The translations under genes were made by a program, and so were the position numbers. A stretch of 37,552 nt of DNA from a virus (taxonomy: Duplodnaviria; Caudoviricetes): IMG/VR virus record IMGVR_UViG_3300020045_009033, positions 1 through 37,552 of that record. One strand, given 5' to 3'. Under the pieces are notes generated by a model. The model was given only the letters and a program-made list of their open reading frames with translations, did not search any database and was not told the DNA's origin. Positions 36,347-37,552 of the stretch are shown here, piece after piece (the first letter of the stretch is position 1; every line of letters starts with the position of its first letter).

Positions 36347-36378
36347 TTTGCTCGGCTTTGTAACCAAAGCCGAGCAAA
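36347..36378. terminator. Perfect 14-bp hairpin at the 3' end of the cassette C gene
   Basis: TTTGCTCGGCTTTG-TAAC-CAAAGCCGAGCAAA. Confidence 0.55.
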
Positions 36379-36383
36379 CATTT

Positions 36384-36605
36384 TTAATCAGGAATTTCAT
36401 TGTACATATCAGCATCTTCTTTAGATACTTCCCATACGTTTTTGTTTTCATCCTGTAGGGTAATATAATATTTACCGTCTCTTTCATAAACAGACCAATA
36501 ACAGCCTTTTTCTTCTGTACTTTCGCCAAGTCTATTAGCTGTGTTAATAATAATTCTACCATCTTCTTCAGATAGTCTTTCATTTTGATTTGCATTAAAA
36601 CTCAT
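36384..36605 (-). CDS. Cassette C small acidic hypothetical protein
   Basis: ORF lies between GTTGTAGGTA and TACCTACAAC. Confidence 0.7.
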   Translation of the reverse strand: MSFNANQNERLSEEDGRIIINTANRLGESTEEKGCYWSVYERDGKYYITLQDENKNVWEVSKEDADMYNEIPD

Positions 36606-36633
36606 AATTTCTGGGTGTTAAAAAACCTACCTA

Positions 36634-36759
36634 CAACAATATATTGTAGCAATTAAGGCTTTTGTTATTAATTTATTTACTGTTTTGTACTTTTAAGTTT
36701 GGGTGTTTAATCGAAGCATAAGATGTACTTTTCCTTAACTACTACAATAATTAGCGTTA
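36634..36759 (+). repeat. attC-like site C
   Basis: CAACAATATATTGTAGCAATTAAGG...CCTTAACTACTACAATAATTAGCGTTA. Confidence 0.85.
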
Positions 36760-36768
36760 TGCCTAATA

Positions 36769-36909
36769 CTACGATTCTGTCCTGATAGATATTAGATTTC
36801 CGTTTTTATCTTTTTCAAAATGATAATCTGCTTTATCTTTTTGCATTTCATAAAGCATTTTTTCCATCATTTTTAATTTCCTGCCCAATAATTTCTCTAA
36901 TTTTTCCAT
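36769..36909 (-). CDS. Cassette D gene 2, 46-aa hypothetical protein (not in ORF track)
   Basis: MEKLEKLLGRKLKMMEKMLYEMQKDKADYHFEKDKNGNLISIRTES, 2 nt after the upstream stop. Confidence 0.5.
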   Translation of the reverse strand: MEKLEKLLGRKLKMMEKMLYEMQKDKADYHFEKDKNGNLISIRTES

Positions 36910-36911
36910 CT

Positions 36912-37202
36912 TTATTTAAAAGTTAAGTTTGAAAAAGTTTTCCCCGATTCTGTCATTATGTAATTTTTTTGATTTTTGTATAGAGGAATTGGCTCAAAAT
37001 CATTAGTCACTATAAAAGCATAGCAACTCTTTGTGTAATCATCTGATTCTTCATCTAAATCAGCGGCGTGTTCATAATTAAATGATTTTGAGAAAACTTC
37101 TCTAAATTTTTCATAATCATTTTCTCTTTCTATTACTTGGTATTGAATACCTAATGCGTAATTTGTTTGAGAATTTTCGATAATTTTTCTTAATGAAAAC
37201 AT
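36912..37202 (-). CDS. Cassette D gene 1, hypothetical protein
   Basis: ORF track. Confidence 0.75.
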   Translation of the reverse strand: MFSLRKIIENSQTNYALGIQYQVIERENDYEKFREVFSKSFNYEHAADLDEESDDYTKSCYAFIVTNDFEPIPLYKNQKNYIMTESGKTFSNLTFK

Positions 37203-37301
37203 AGTGTGTATATTTATATTTTTTGCCTACTCTTTAGCTTTTCGGCTTCCGCTATTTTTTATTTAGTTTTTTATTTAATTTTACATTTGCCGTACTAGGC
37301 A

Positions 37302-37371
37302 TAACAATCACTACAAGCTAGTTGCCGAAGCATTGGAATAAATAGGCAACCAGCTTGTAGTTTTAACGTTA
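37302..37371 (+). repeat. attC-like site D (short, 70 bp)
   Basis: TAACAATCACTACAAGCTAGTTGCC...GGCAACCAGCTTGTAGTTTTAACGTTA. Confidence 0.85.
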
Positions 37372-37380
37372 GTGGCAACT

Positions 37381-37552
37381 TTAGGGAACAGCTATGCCCC
37401 ACGATGGTCAATGCGATAAGGACGTTCTTTGATGCCATTTTCATAAAGCAATTCGTTTGCTTCATCAAGTTTTTGTTGAATGTAACATTTACGTTCTCTT
37501 ATCGGTTGTGCTTTTTCGTCTAATATTCGTCTAATATCTTGTAAAAGCGAAC
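37381..37552 (+). repeat. 172-bp copy of the start of cassette 10 (5242-5413)
   Basis: Identical by eye from TTAGGGAACAGCTATG to the window end. Confidence 0.95.

Larger units (their letters stand above)
35613..37552 (+). mobile_element. Integron-like gene cassette array, right segment (4 complete cassettes plus a partial duplicate)
   Basis: Same architecture as the left segment. Confidence 0.85.

Noticed and set aside
36314-36595. Alternative 93-aa minus-strand ORF
   Set aside because: It overlaps 36384..36605 in another frame and crosses the cassette boundary; the ORF that fits inside the cassette is preferred.
37381-37552. Direct terminal repeat or circular overlap
   Set aside because: The sequence matches an internal position (5242), not the window start, and begins at the crossover base.
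1-37552. Genome-wide stop codon reassignment
   Set aside because: Core genes are intact in the standard code, and many TGA stops are used in ATGA couplings.

Overview
A near-complete, AT-rich tailed phage genome with siphovirus-type genes. The host is probably Bacteroidota/Flavobacteriia, judged from TAnnTTTG -7 promoter motifs and a DUF3127 gene. The + strand from about 6.6 to 35.2 kb carries recombination/replication, packaging, HK97-type head, non-contractile tail and lysis modules. Both ends (119-6079 and 35613-37552) form what looks like a phage-borne integron-like gene-cassette array. Fifteen attC-like imperfect palindromes (YAAC...GTT, 70-132 bp) separate small minus-strand genes, including two DNA adenine methyltransferases. 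In all 15 complete cassettes the GTT-side flank is the reverse complement of that cassette's own AAC-side flank. An attI-like entry site lies beside an RHH-like gene. One cassette is duplicated starting exactly at the G|TT position, and a tyrosine-recombinase fragment at the window start is cut exactly at a G|TT junction. Unlike classical integrons, all cargo genes run antisense to the inferred array direction and several start inside the attC-like site. All calls were made by eye from motifs and synteny; no database searches were run.
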